DNA from: an uncultured Clostridium sp.
GTDB taxonomy: Bacteria > Bacillota > Clostridia > TANB77 > CAG-465
NCBI GenBank assembly: GCA_905204915.1
Contig: CAJLBR010000002.1
Span: 21,661-53,660 of the forward strand
DNA length: 32,000 nt
Direction of reading: 5' to 3'
Part shown: positions 9,120-18,772 of the stretch, piece after piece
Numbering within the stretch: the first letter of the stretch is position 1
Layout: every line of letters begins with the position of its first letter
The notes under the pieces: model-generated
Told to the model about the DNA's origin: nothing
Databases searched by the model: none
The model's input: only the letters and a program-made list of their open reading frames with translations
Translations under genes and position numbers: made by a program

Positions 9120-10535
9120 TTATAGCACCTTCAATTCATTTTTTAACAACTCTTCAAATTTAGTTGGCAAATTATTATTACAATAACCTTTTAATAGTTT
9201 TTCTCTATTTTCTTCAACTACTTTTTTCACACTATCTATGTTATTATTATATTCATTATTAAAATATTCATTTAGTAAAATTGGCATAAAATCTTTATTT
9301 TTACATTTTAATATGTGTGAACACAAAGAATAATTTATTTCTTCATAAGTGCCAACACAGTCAAATGGTTTATTATCACCCTTACCTATAAGTTCAATAA
9401 ATGTTTGTCTTAATGATCCTTTATTAAGCAAATTTTCACCAAATATTTTTATCATTTTATCTTCATCTAAAAATTGTGATAACATTATATATACAAATAA
9501 ACACTTTGAACAATTAGCACACCATATATTTTTCTTGCTACCAACATTACAGCTTTTGAATACTGGGTGATATTTTTCATATCTAGCAAATAATGCTGTT
9601 ATTTGAAGTTCAGTAAGTGGTCTTAATAAACTAAAATATTGAGTTCCAGTCTTTAAATATGTATCTGAATAATATCTAAAATCGTTTTCAAATTCAATAC
9701 TTTTAGAATACTGATGATTTATAGTAGTTCCAACAACATTTGGTTCATTAGCGCTAGATTCATTAGATAATACAATATATTTCTTTCTTGAGATATATGC
9801 AATAAATGTAGTTAAAAAAGCAAGCATAGCAGAAAATGGAGTATGACCATTTAAGAATCCTTTTTGATTTAGTTCTAACATATTTTTATCTAGAATTCTT
9901 TCTATTATTATAGTATCATCTTCATAACCAGCTGCACTAGTGCTTTCAATAGTAGCTCCTCTAGCATTAACGATAAACGCAGTATTTTCATTTTTTAGTG
10001 TTCTTAGAACTTCCATTGTAACATTTGAGTCTTTTCCACCGCCAACTGGTATAAGTTGTCCTTTTAATTCTACAGGAGATTCTAAAGCTAAATTTTTAAA
10101 GTCTTCATTTGATTTAATTATAATAAATTCATCTTCATTAACATCGATATTGTTTATATAGAAAAATTCTCCTAAACCATTTAAATAAAGTTTTTTGAAC
10201 CATATTTTTTGATCATCGTTTAAATAACCACATTCTATAATTAATTTTTTTGAACATGTAAGTTTTAAATAACTTACAACTTCAACCATACCAATATTAA
10301 ATACCAAATTTTTAACTATATTAGAAGTTACATCAATACTTTGATCAAATCCATTTTTTCTTAAAGTATCCTTTATTTTATCAGTTGGAATTATTAGTTT
10401 AGGATTAAATGTTGAAAGTCCTACAATTTCGAATTCAAACTCTACAACAATATTTTGATTTTCTATTTCAATCTTATAATCATGATATATAAAAGTATCA
10501 TATTTTTCTCTAAATTCTTTATATTTATTATTCAT
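9120..10535 (-). CDS. PP-loop (adenine nucleotide alpha-hydrolase-like) protein; candidate MurL-type UDP-MurNAc-L-Ala-L-Glu epimerase
   Basis: PP-loop-like VGGGKDSNVT. C-terminal Cys cluster C-x10-C-x2-C-x2-C (SCNVGSKKNIWCANCSKC). Translationally coupled to the murD-type gene. Function is inferred, not demonstrated. Confidence 0.5.
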   Translation of the reverse strand: MNNKYKEFREKYDTFIYHDYKIEIENQNIVVEFEFEIVGLSTFNPKLIIPTDKIKDTLRKNGFDQSIDVTSNIVKNLVFNIGMVEVVSYLKLTCSKKLIIECGYLNDDQKIWFKKLYLNGLGEFFYINNIDVNEDEFIIIKSNEDFKNLALESPVELKGQLIPVGGGKDSNVTMEVLRTLKNENTAFIVNARGATIESTSAAGYEDDTIIIERILDKNMLELNQKGFLNGHTPFSAMLAFLTTFIAYISRKKYIVLSNESSANEPNVVGTTINHQYSKSIEFENDFRYYSDTYLKTGTQYFSLLRPLTELQITALFARYEKYHPVFKSCNVGSKKNIWCANCSKCLFVYIMLSQFLDEDKMIKIFGENLLNKGSLRQTFIELIGKGDNKPFDCVGTYEEINYSLCSHILKCKNKDFMPILLNEYFNNEYNNNIDSVKKVVEENREKLLKGYCNNNLPTKFEELLKNELKVL

Positions 10536-10559
10536 ATTTCTCTCCTCAAAATTACCTAA

Positions 10560-10588
10560 ATTATATCATTACTGTCTATTTGTTACAA
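10560..10588 (-). promoter_or_regulatory. SigA-type promoter for the PP-loop/murD operon
   Basis: Minus strand TTGTAA (10588..10583), 17 nt, TGATATAAT (-10 at 10565..10560). Confidence 0.5.
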
Positions 10589-10710
10589 GAATTATTTTCT
10601 ATTTAATAAACTTTATGCATATTTTTTATTAGATATAACATAATATTAGTAACTACATTTGTAGTTTAAATATATTTAATATTTCTTGGTTCTACGAAAA
10701 ATGTAGATAA

Positions 10711-10746
10711 GAAAAATAGGTGAGGATTTAAATTTTCTCACCTATT
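10711..10746 (-). terminator. Intrinsic terminator after recR
   Basis: Stem AATAGGTGAG / CTCACCTATT with a T-run on the minus strand, starting right after the recR stop. Confidence 0.6.
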
Positions 10747-11340
10747 TTATATTTCTCTTCTTCCTTCTAGAGCTTTTATAAGAGTAATTTCATCAGTATA
10801 TTCTAAATCTCCTCCGACCGGTATTCCATGAGCAATTCTTGTTACTTTTACACCTATTGGTTTTATTAATCTTGATATATACATAGCTGTGGCTTCTCCT
10901 TCAACAGTTGGATTAGTCGCAATAATTATCTCTTTTACAGTATCATCAGAAAGTCTAGATAATAGTTCTTTTATTTTAATATCTGCAGCACCAATATTGT
11001 TCATAGGTGAAATAGCCCCATGTAACACATGATACATGCCTCTATATTCATGAGTTTTTTCCATTGCTATAACATCTTTTACATTTTCAACTACACATAT
11101 CACACTTTCATCCCTCTTTGGATTAGAGCATATTTGACATGGATCCGTTTCAGTTATATTATAGCATTTTGAGCAAAATTTTACTTTATTTCTTGCTTCA
11201 AGTATTGTACTAGACATTTCTTCAGCATATTCTTTAGGTGATTCCAGTACATAAAATGCAAGTCTTACTGCCGTTTTATGTCCTATTCCAGGTAATTTTT
11301 CAAATTGATTTATAAGTTTAGTGACAGTTTCTGAATACAT
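10747..11340 (-). CDS. recR: Recombination protein RecR
   Basis: HhH region [15 protein letters not shown], Cys4 zinc finger CSKCYN...CQIC, and Toprim region. Confidence 0.95.
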   Translation of the reverse strand: MYSETVTKLINQFEKLPGIGHKTAVRLAFYVLESPKEYAEEMSSTILEARNKVKFCSKCYNITETDPCQICSNPKRDESVICVVENVKDVIAMEKTHEYRGMYHVLHGAISPMNNIGAADIKIKELLSRLSDDTVKEIIIATNPTVEGEATAMYISRLIKPIGVKVTRIAHGIPVGGDLEYTDEITLIKALEGRREI

Positions 11341-11348
11341 CTTATCAC

Positions 11349-11684
11349 CTAGAACATTCCTGGTACGTTGAAACTTCCAAGTTCTGCTTGCATCATAGCA
11401 TCTGCTTGATTCATAGCTTCATTAACAGCAGTTAATATTAAATCTTGTAACATTTCAACATCAGCTGGATCAACTACTTCAGGTTTTATTATAATTTCTT
11501 TTATTTCTTTATTACCAGTAGCTTTTACTATAACAGCTCCGCCTCCAGCAGAAGTTTCTATTTCTTTTTTTGCAACTTCTTCTTGTTTTTCTTGCATTTC
11601 CTTTTGCATTTTTTGTGCTTGTTTTAAAATATTTTGCATGTTACCCATGCCGCCACCACCTGGAAATCCTCCAAATTTAGCCAT
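11349..11684 (-). CDS. ybaB: YbaB/EbfC nucleoid-associated protein
   Basis: Typical size, N-terminal Gly/Met-rich [15 protein letters not shown], and the conserved dnaX-ybaB-recR gene order. Confidence 0.9.
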   Translation of the reverse strand: MAKFGGFPGGGGMGNMQNILKQAQKMQKEMQEKQEEVAKKEIETSAGGGAVIVKATGNKEIKEIIIKPEVVDPADVEMLQDLILTAVNEAMNQADAMMQAELGSFNVPGMF

Positions 11685-11738
11685 TTAAATCATCCTTTCT
11701 TTTTTACCTTAACATTATATTATAATAATTTATATTTT

Positions 11739-13301
11739 TCAATCTAAATCTGTATATTTTATTTCTTTATCTTTCAAATATTTTTCCATACCCTCATTAG
11801 CAATAGCTTCTTTTGTTTCTAAAGTTATTTCTAATTGTTTATTTATTCCATATTTTGATTCAAAAAGTTCTCTTAAGCAGCTCATACTCTCATCTGACTT
11901 TAAAATGTCATAAGCAAATCCATTATTAGTAATAACGTAAACCTTATCATTATCAGTGCAGATACTTACACTTGTAAGCGCAGAATATAGTTTAAATTTT
12001 CCAAGTGAAGAAACAGTCTGTTTTAAATCATCTATCTCATTAAAATATGACATATTAGATTTGTCTATCGCACTAGTACTATTACTAACATTAGTGCTTT
12101 TTGGAGGCTTTGCACTTGTACTAACATTTTTAGGAGCTACTGTTCCTGTTGTTACTGTTACAACCTTATTTTCTTTAATACCAGCAATCTTACTTTCTAG
12201 TGCATTTAATCTTTGTGTAATCATTTTTACAGTTTCATCATTTAAGCTTGCACTTGAATTATTGCTATTATTATTTGATGACATATCCAAATTACACAAA
12301 CTAACAATAGTAGATTTAAAAACAATTGAAGGTTTTGTAGATAGTCTTATATCATTATCTAACTTAGATAATCTATCTATTATATTAATTATTCGTGTCT
12401 TGTCACTTTCAGTACTATTTATTAAAATATCTAAAAAGTTTTCTGTAAGATCTGAGGCTAATTGTCTTAAATCTTTTCCTTTATTTATCAACTTATCTAT
12501 TTCTTCTATTGCACTTATAGAATCATATTCCTTAAGTGATTTTGTTATTTTATTTATTACATCTTTATGAGTTGCACCAATAATATTCACAACATCTTCA
12601 TAAGTTAGCTTCTCAGAAGACTCTGATATACATCTCTCAAGTATACTAAGGGCGTCTCTCATTCCACCATCTGCAAGTTTTGCAATATATCCTATAGCTT
12701 CTTCATCATATTCTATATTTTCATTTTTCAATACAAATTTTAGATTTTTTACTAAATTTTCTTCAGACAGTCTATTAAATTCGAATCTTAAACATCTAGA
12801 AAGAATAGTTACTGGAATTTTATGCTGCTCTGTAGTAGCTAATATAAATACAACATTTTGAGGTGGCTCTTCCAAAGTTTTAAGCAATGCATTAAAAGCA
12901 CTTGTTGTAAGCATATGTGCTTCATCTATGATGTAAACTCTATATTTTACATCAACAGTTGCATATTGAACTTCCTGACGTATTTGTCTTATGTTTTCAA
13001 CACTATTATTAGATGCAGCATCCATTTCTACTACGTCTGTTGTATTGCCCTCTAATATATTTTTACAAACTTCACACTCATTACAAGGTTCACCATCTTT
13101 TGGATTTAAACAGTTTATAGCACGTGCAAATACTTTAGCTGCACTTGTTTTTCCTGTTCCTCTACTTCCGCTAAATATATAAGCGTGAGAAATTTTTTGA
13201 TTTTTTATCTGATTTTTAAGAATTTTTGTTACGCTTTCTTGACCTAATATTTTTTCAAAAGTATCTGGTCTATATTTTCTATATAAAGCAATATATGCCA
13301 T
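11739..13301 (-). CDS. dnaX: DNA polymerase III subunit gamma/tau
   Basis: YRKYRPDTF, Walker A GSRGTGKTS, zinc module CNECEVC, DEAHML, and SRC motif. Confidence 0.95.
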   Translation of the reverse strand: MAYIALYRKYRPDTFEKILGQESVTKILKNQIKNQKISHAYIFSGSRGTGKTSAAKVFARAINCLNPKDGEPCNECEVCKNILEGNTTDVVEMDAASNNSVENIRQIRQEVQYATVDVKYRVYIIDEAHMLTTSAFNALLKTLEEPPQNVVFILATTEQHKIPVTILSRCLRFEFNRLSEENLVKNLKFVLKNENIEYDEEAIGYIAKLADGGMRDALSILERCISESSEKLTYEDVVNIIGATHKDVINKITKSLKEYDSISAIEEIDKLINKGKDLRQLASDLTENFLDILINSTESDKTRIINIIDRLSKLDNDIRLSTKPSIVFKSTIVSLCNLDMSSNNNSNNSSASLNDETVKMITQRLNALESKIAGIKENKVVTVTTGTVAPKNVSTSAKPPKSTNVSNSTSAIDKSNMSYFNEIDDLKQTVSSLGKFKLYSALTSVSICTDNDKVYVITNNGFAYDILKSDESMSCLRELFESKYGINKQLEITLETKEAIANEGMEKYLKDKEIKYTDLD

Positions 13302-13321
13302 TACTATTCACCTCTAACAAA

Positions 13322-13406
13322 AATCACCAAACACATAGAGATTCATGCTTATTGCTGCTTCCTTCCGGACCTGACAAGATTCACACTGCTCTATCGTTTG
13401 GTGGTA
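13322..13406 (-). ncRNA. ffs: Small (4.5S-type) signal recognition particle RNA
   Basis: Minus strand contains the conserved domain IV core GUCAGGUCCGGAAGGAAGCAGC. Closing helix CCACCAAAC/GUUUGGUG. Classic Firmicute position just upstream of dnaX. Ends are approximate. Confidence 0.85.
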
Positions 13407-13411
13407 AATTA

Positions 13412-13440
13412 ATTATACACTATTTCTATACTAAATTCAA
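13412..13440 (-). promoter_or_regulatory. SigA-type promoter for SRP RNA (and probably dnaX)
   Basis: Minus strand TTGAAT (13440..13435), 17 nt, TATAAT (13417..13412), about 7 nt before the SRP RNA helix. Confidence 0.55.
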
Positions 13441-13451
13441 GTTATTTTTAA

Positions 13452-14147
13452 TTATTTAACTGAAAAAACAAAATTAGAAACTGGTAGACGTACAACACTT
13501 ATACCATTTGTTACCATATCAGAATTTGGAAGAGTAAGTTTTATATTTGAAGAATTTATCTTACCATTATCATCTATAATATTTAATTTAAATTTTACAT
13601 CAAATTTTATATCATTAACATTCATACTGTAAAATTTCAATAATCTACCATCATATGATACTTCATTAGTACCTTCTGGCAAGTTTTTATTGCTTATAAT
13701 GTTCATATTATTAATTTTTAATTCAACTAAATATTCTCCATCTTTTTCTGTTGGTATTAAGTCTGCACCATCTATACTAATATTATCAGAATATATTTCT
13801 TCATCAATATCATTATATATTGCAACGTTTCCTATATTTGCCTTTTTAATTTCTACATTATCAATGTAAACCCTTGTTGGTTTTACATCACTTACTAATA
13901 AAAGTGATAAAGTATTTACTTGGTTAGCACTTACCTTTATATCTGTAAGACTTGTAAGTTTAGCGTTTTCGTCACCATTTTCTTCTTCCTTTACATCCAA
14001 AGATGACTTTACCATTGCATCATTTACTCTAAAATTACCCTGATTAATCTTGCCTTCATTATTTAAAAGATACATGCATACAAATACTACAATCAAAGCA
14101 GCAACTATAAAAATTATTAACTTAAAAACAATATTATTTTTTTTCAT
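13452..14147 (-). CDS. Membrane-anchored extracytoplasmic protein of unknown function (231 aa)
   Basis: One N-terminal TM segment (FKLIIFIVAALIVVFVCMYLL), then a beta-rich Asn/Asp/Ile-rich domain. GAGGT RBS. Confidence 0.6.
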   Translation of the reverse strand: MKKNNIVFKLIIFIVAALIVVFVCMYLLNNEGKINQGNFRVNDAMVKSSLDVKEEENGDENAKLTSLTDIKVSANQVNTLSLLLVSDVKPTRVYIDNVEIKKANIGNVAIYNDIDEEIYSDNISIDGADLIPTEKDGEYLVELKINNMNIISNKNLPEGTNEVSYDGRLLKFYSMNVNDIKFDVKFKLNIIDDNGKINSSNIKLTLPNSDMVTNGISVVRLPVSNFVFSVK

Positions 14148-14230
14148 AGATTACCTCACTGATAAGATTATACTACATGTAAAAAGAAAAAACAACACAA
14201 ATTTTGTCTTATTCATTCATTTTAAATAAA

Positions 14231-14258
14231 CAAAAAAGAACCTTTTACTTAAGGTTCC
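14231..14258 (-). terminator. Intrinsic terminator ending the VirD4-containing operon
   Basis: Stem GAACCTT / AAGGTTC with a 6-nt loop, then TTTTTTG on the minus strand. Confidence 0.6.
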
Positions 14259-14268
14259 TCTTATATCA

Positions 14269-16200
14269 TTAATGATTATCTGTTTCTCCAAATAATTCAT
14301 CAAATTTCTTTTCTAACTCAGCTTGAAGATCAAATTTTTCAATTTCTTGTGCTGTACCGGCACTGCTAGAAGCTGCTGGTTTTGGTTGTTCAGTTTGTTC
14401 CTTTCTGTAATTTTTAGCTTTTCTAGCTCTATCATCTAAATGCTTGTATACATCCATTGTATGTATTTCAACATCATCAGTTTTTGGCATTTGTGATATA
14501 TCGCCAATTTCATATTGTTTAGCAACATCTCTTTCTGGATGATATTTAAAATACCAAGCTTTTTTAGCTCTAATTGGTTTTAATCCTCTTACAAGTATAA
14601 TTTCATCATTAAAGTCTAATCTCTTTAATTCATCGACTGTCATAAGTTCTCTTGCTTGTTTTTGTTTACTTATTGAAACACCTTGTTTAGACATTTCATC
14701 CTTGTCTTTACTTACAGATCTGCTTTCATATTCTATTGTCTTTTGACCTAAACTCTTAGAAAAATACTCACAAGTTTTTATTGATTGGCTTCCCAAGAAA
14801 AGTTGGGTATCACAGTTACCGATAATGTTCTCATATGTGTCTTTATAAAGTCCTTCTAATTGATCCAAACTCTGTACAACAATAGATATACTAATACCCA
14901 AACTTCTAGTTGTACTAAGTTTTTTATTAAAGTCTGGAATTTGTCCAATATTTGCAAATTCATCTAGCAAGAAATATACTTGATGATGAAGTGTTCCACC
15001 ATTTCTATCAGCTTGAGTATAAAGTTTTTGTAACATTTGGCTAAAGAATATAGTTGCAATGTAATCATATGTGCTATCAGCAGCAGAAGTAATTACAAAT
15101 AATGCTGTTTTTTCTTCACCTAACTCATCAAAATCTATGTTGTTTGATGTAGTTATTCTCATCATTGGTGGTGAGTCAAAAGCACTTAGTTTAGATACTA
15201 ATGAAATTGCTATACTTTGTTTTGTTTTATCAGCACCAACTCTTATTCCTTCATATTCTTTTCTACCAGGATGGTCTGGTTTTAATTCATCAATAAATAA
15301 TTTATCAAATATTGATTCATCAGCTCCACCTTGTCTTACAATATTTAAACAACTTGATAAGTTTTGTTCTTCTGGTGGTAACACGGATATAACGTAATAA
15401 ATACATGCTTTAAGTAACATTTTGGCAGTATTATCCCAAAATGGATCTGCAGATTTTGAGCTATCTCCACTACTTCCCATAACTATTGTATGTGCTATTA
15501 TATCAACACTAGTATGATCTATAATATGAGCAAGTGGATTATATCTATCACTATACTCTGGATTTACCAAGTTTAAAGTTCTAACTTTATAACCATTAGC
15601 TTTAAGATATCCTGAAGTCTCTCTATAAAGCTCTCCTTTTGGATCTGTTATAACGTATGAACCCAATTTTTGTAAAATATTAGGCTTAATATAACATGCA
15701 GATTTACCTGCACCAGATCCACCAATTACTAAGATATTTTTATTTATCTTTACTTTTTTAAGATCTGTACCTAAGTAATGATTTTTACTTAGTATAAATC
15801 CATCTTTTCTATTTAAAATTTCGCTTCCATCTGATAGTTTTCTAAATTCTTCTCCGCCTTTACTCCATTCACTTGAACCATGTTCTTTTCCTTCGTATTC
15901 ACTTTTGCCAGCCATTTTTATCTTCCAATATATGAAAACAGCAAGACAAATTATTAAAGCCCATAATGACCATGTTAGAAATCCTCCAAAATCTTTAAAC
16001 ATTGCAGGAAATATTCCAGGAACATCCGAACTAAATGGATGAGTTAAAGCTGGTACAAAATTTTGAAAACCAGCCATCAAACCTTCAACTTTTCCAAGTT
16101 CTTTAGCTTGATAAGATGCAAACAAAGCACCAACTAGTACAATATCAAAAATAAGATATAGTACCAAAAACATAAGAATTTCTCTTTTTAAATTACTCAT
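14269..16200 (-). CDS. VirD4/TraG-family type IV secretion coupling protein (T4CP)
   Basis: Two N-terminal TM segments. Walker A VIGGSGAGKSACYIKPNIL followed by ITDPKGELY. Walker B YFLLDEFANIG. VVQSLDQLEGLY...TQLFLG block. Acidic C-terminal tail. Confidence 0.85.
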   Translation of the reverse strand: MSNLKREILMFLVLYLIFDIVLVGALFASYQAKELGKVEGLMAGFQNFVPALTHPFSSDVPGIFPAMFKDFGGFLTWSLWALIICLAVFIYWKIKMAGKSEYEGKEHGSSEWSKGGEEFRKLSDGSEILNRKDGFILSKNHYLGTDLKKVKINKNILVIGGSGAGKSACYIKPNILQKLGSYVITDPKGELYRETSGYLKANGYKVRTLNLVNPEYSDRYNPLAHIIDHTSVDIIAHTIVMGSSGDSSKSADPFWDNTAKMLLKACIYYVISVLPPEEQNLSSCLNIVRQGGADESIFDKLFIDELKPDHPGRKEYEGIRVGADKTKQSIAISLVSKLSAFDSPPMMRITTSNNIDFDELGEEKTALFVITSAADSTYDYIATIFFSQMLQKLYTQADRNGGTLHHQVYFLLDEFANIGQIPDFNKKLSTTRSLGISISIVVQSLDQLEGLYKDTYENIIGNCDTQLFLGSQSIKTCEYFSKSLGQKTIEYESRSVSKDKDEMSKQGVSISKQKQARELMTVDELKRLDFNDEIILVRGLKPIRAKKAWYFKYHPERDVAKQYEIGDISQMPKTDDVEIHTMDVYKHLDDRARKAKNYRKEQTEQPKPAASSSAGTAQEIEKFDLQAELEKKFDELFGETDNH

Positions 16201-16219
16201 ATATAACCTCTTTATAAAA

Positions 16220-16540
16220 CTATATTATTAATTCATCTCCGTCATCCATTACAGGATCTTCATTTATTTGTTCTATTTCTTTTTCTTCTCTATCTTCTTT
16301 TTCTTTATCTTCCTTTTCGTCTTTATAACTAATTTCTACATTTCCTTGAGGATTTGTTGAAATATTTTCTATATTATCCTTGTTAGCTGCAACAACCTTC
16401 TTTAATTCTTCCTCTTTAGTATCAATTGCTTTCTTTTCAGGAGTTGCTATTTGACCAACAACTAAACTTGCTTTTGACTTAGGTACTAATTCTTTTTCGT
16501 TTACCTCTGTTACCAAAGCATCTACAATTATTTTTCCCAT
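16220..16540 (-). CDS. Highly acidic, probably disordered protein (106 aa)
   Basis: AAGGAGA RBS. 15-nt and 19-nt gaps to flanking genes. Glu/Lys/Asp-rich, ending DDGDELII. Confidence 0.6.
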   Translation of the reverse strand: MGKIIVDALVTEVNEKELVPKSKASLVVGQIATPEKKAIDTKEEELKKVVAANKDNIENISTNPQGNVEISYKDEKEDKEKEDREEKEIEQINEDPVMDDGDELII

Positions 16541-16555
16541 ATATATTTCTCCTTG

Positions 16556-17077
16556 TTAATCTTCATATCTTAATTCCAAAACAATATATGCTTTGTTTGG
16601 AAGTATTTTACATCTTCCTTTTATTCCACCAGTTATAGAATCTCTATATACAACTGGTTTAATTTCTTCACCAGTTTGAGTGTCAATAATAGAAAAATGT
16701 CTTTTATAATTAGGAGTATAATCTACTTCTTTATACTCAACACCAGCTTGATTAAATATTGAACCATAAGTTAATGGCACATTTGATTGTGTTGCCTTAA
16801 ATCCAGAATCTGAAAGTTCACCTGTACTAATAATTGCTCTAGAATTAGTAAGTGTAAGTAAAACTATAAGTTGACTTTCTTCGCCCGCTTTTAAAACATT
16901 AAATGTTTTCTTTATTCTTCCAGCATCTTGAGTATCTATACTCTCTATTTTTTGTAATGATAACATTGCATTACCATTAATTTTTTCATTTTCATTCTTT
17001 TCTACTAGAAAAGCTATAGTATTCATTCCAGGCATATCAATAACATCAAATTGATTCATATCTAATAATGATTCCAT
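16556..17077 (-). CDS. Cytoplasmic protein of unknown function (173 aa)
   Basis: GAGGGGGA RBS. No signal peptide or TM segment. Embedded in the operon. Confidence 0.6.
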   Translation of the reverse strand: MESLLDMNQFDVIDMPGMNTIAFLVEKNENEKINGNAMLSLQKIESIDTQDAGRIKKTFNVLKAGEESQLIVLLTLTNSRAIISTGELSDSGFKATQSNVPLTYGSIFNQAGVEYKEVDYTPNYKRHFSIIDTQTGEEIKPVVYRDSITGGIKGRCKILPNKAYIVLELRYED

Positions 17078-17096
17078 ATTATCCCCCTCTTATTTT

Positions 17097-18749
17097 TTAA
17101 CTACCAACGTTTCCTGTTCCGCAAGTAATGATCTCTTGTTGAGCTTTGTAAGAATCTCTTGATAAAAGTCCAGAACTTACAACTTGACCATCTAATTTTT
17201 TAGTTATATATCCCTCAGAATTATAACCATTAACACCTTTACTTACTACTACATTTCTTCCTTGAGGAATATTAGCGTCATAGTTATATTTTGTTGTATA
17301 TGGAATAGTAGATGTAACACTGCTGCTTAAAATTACTTCATATTCGTTTTCTTCTTTAGTTCCATATAAACTTATATTCATAGTTCCATTCCAGCTATAA
17401 GATGTAACAATTTTAACTGGATACTGTCTAGTATTTTTGAATTTAAAATCTAAAACTCCAATGTATACAGTTGCATCTCTACTAGGTGGAACATATCCAA
17501 CAGGAAGTCCATGTTGATGTCTTTCCACAATTTCTAAATTTGCCATTAAAGCAACGTTATAAAGAGTGGATGTAGTTTGGCAAATACCTCCTCCAACTTC
17601 ATATTCTACAGTACCAGCTTTAAATACTGCCGCTGGTAAATAGCCTTTTGAAGAAGTTGTATCTCCAATAGCATTGTTATATGAAAAAGTTTCACCAGGC
17701 ATAATTACTTTACCATTCAAATATCTTAATGCTATTTCCAAATTGTTTCCTCTAGCGTAATTAGAAGCATCAAAATAAGTTGTATAGCCAGCTAATTTAT
17801 CATTATACATACTAGCTGTTATGTCAGTAAGTTTAACTTGAGGTTCTTTTACAGTAATTGGAAATTCAATTACTTTACCTTCCTCTTTATTTTCATCTAA
17901 ATTTAGAATCCTTTTTAATTCTTCTTTATCAAAATCAATTCCAGGTTCTTCTTTTACAAATTTTACTGGGTTTGATTTTTCATCAACATACGCATCTTTA
18001 GGATCTTTTTTTACTTCTTCATAAATCTTATCAACATCTATAGTATCTGGCTTTTTTACAATTGTATTAATTATCAAAGATTTTTCATCAGTTTTAAAAG
18101 TATCAATCAATGCATTTTCAACTTCTTGATAATCAATTGCATTTCCTGATTTTCCTTTTGTAATTATTAGTTTTGAAGAAGCGTCATCTAAACTATATGA
18201 ATCTTCTACAAATCTATCCTTTAAACTAAGTTCAATATTTTTTATAACTCCATCTATTTTTTCTTCATCACAAGTATAAACTGGATCAATGTCTACTTTT
18301 TTAAACTTAGCCTTAATAATATTAAAGCTATTTTTAAAGACATTAGAATCTCTACCAAAAGACAAAGCTTTATTAACAGTACTTGTTACATCAATTCCAA
18401 AATCAATTTCAGTAGATTTAACCGAATATATATTCTCAGTTCCTTGATAGATAGAAATGTCTTTTTCAGAATTTTTTTCATTGATCAGTTGAACTAGACC
18501 ATCAGTCGTATAACCCGAAACATTTTGTCCTAAAATATAAACATTTTTATAGACGTTTGAATTTACTTTATTTACACATACAAATACACTAAAAATTATT
18601 GCTAAAAATAATATTGTAGCCATGGAAATTATAACTGGTTTAGCATACTTTTTAGACATAAAGCTTTTGCCTTTTTTCTTTATATTTTCCACAGCTCCTG
18701 ATTTAACAACCTCCAATTGGTTGTTGTTTGTTTTAGTATCCTCAGACAT
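17097..18749 (-). CDS. VanW-domain cell-wall protein with N-terminal membrane anchor and C-terminal G5 domain
   Basis: TM segment PVIISMATILFLAIIFSVFVCV. VanW core GETFSYN...GGGICQTTSTLYNVA. G5-like C-terminus (VVVSKGVNGYNSEGY...). ATG 18749 is preferred (GGAGG 5 nt upstream); the ORF-track start at 18761 is GTG. Confidence 0.8.
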   Translation of the reverse strand: MSEDTKTNNNQLEVVKSGAVENIKKKGKSFMSKKYAKPVIISMATILFLAIIFSVFVCVNKVNSNVYKNVYILGQNVSGYTTDGLVQLINEKNSEKDISIYQGTENIYSVKSTEIDFGIDVTSTVNKALSFGRDSNVFKNSFNIIKAKFKKVDIDPVYTCDEEKIDGVIKNIELSLKDRFVEDSYSLDDASSKLIITKGKSGNAIDYQEVENALIDTFKTDEKSLIINTIVKKPDTIDVDKIYEEVKKDPKDAYVDEKSNPVKFVKEEPGIDFDKEELKRILNLDENKEEGKVIEFPITVKEPQVKLTDITASMYNDKLAGYTTYFDASNYARGNNLEIALRYLNGKVIMPGETFSYNNAIGDTTSSKGYLPAAVFKAGTVEYEVGGGICQTTSTLYNVALMANLEIVERHQHGLPVGYVPPSRDATVYIGVLDFKFKNTRQYPVKIVTSYSWNGTMNISLYGTKEENEYEVILSSSVTSTIPYTTKYNYDANIPQGRNVVVSKGVNGYNSEGYITKKLDGQVVSSGLLSRDSYKAQQEIITCGTGNVGS

Positions 18750-18772
18750 ACTTTCCTCCACATTACGATGTA

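Noticed and set aside
11956-12570. 204-aa plus-strand ORF antisense to dnaX. Similar antisense ORFs occur at 982-1251, 5301-5501, 6125-6445, 7259-7456, 9349-9570, 9940-10161, 12858-13182, 15071-15397, 20858-21055, 23242-23484, 24364-24651, 25535-25899, 26299-26595, 26893-27114, 27404-27982 and 31315-31557.
   Set aside because: These are shadow ORFs lying entirely inside well-supported genes on the other strand. They have low-complexity Leu/Ser/Ile/Phe-rich translations, no RBS and no recognisable motifs.
13226-13459. 77-aa plus-strand ORF across the dnaX start and SRP RNA region
   Set aside because: It overlaps the dnaX 5' end and is antisense to the SRP RNA and its promoter. It has no RBS.
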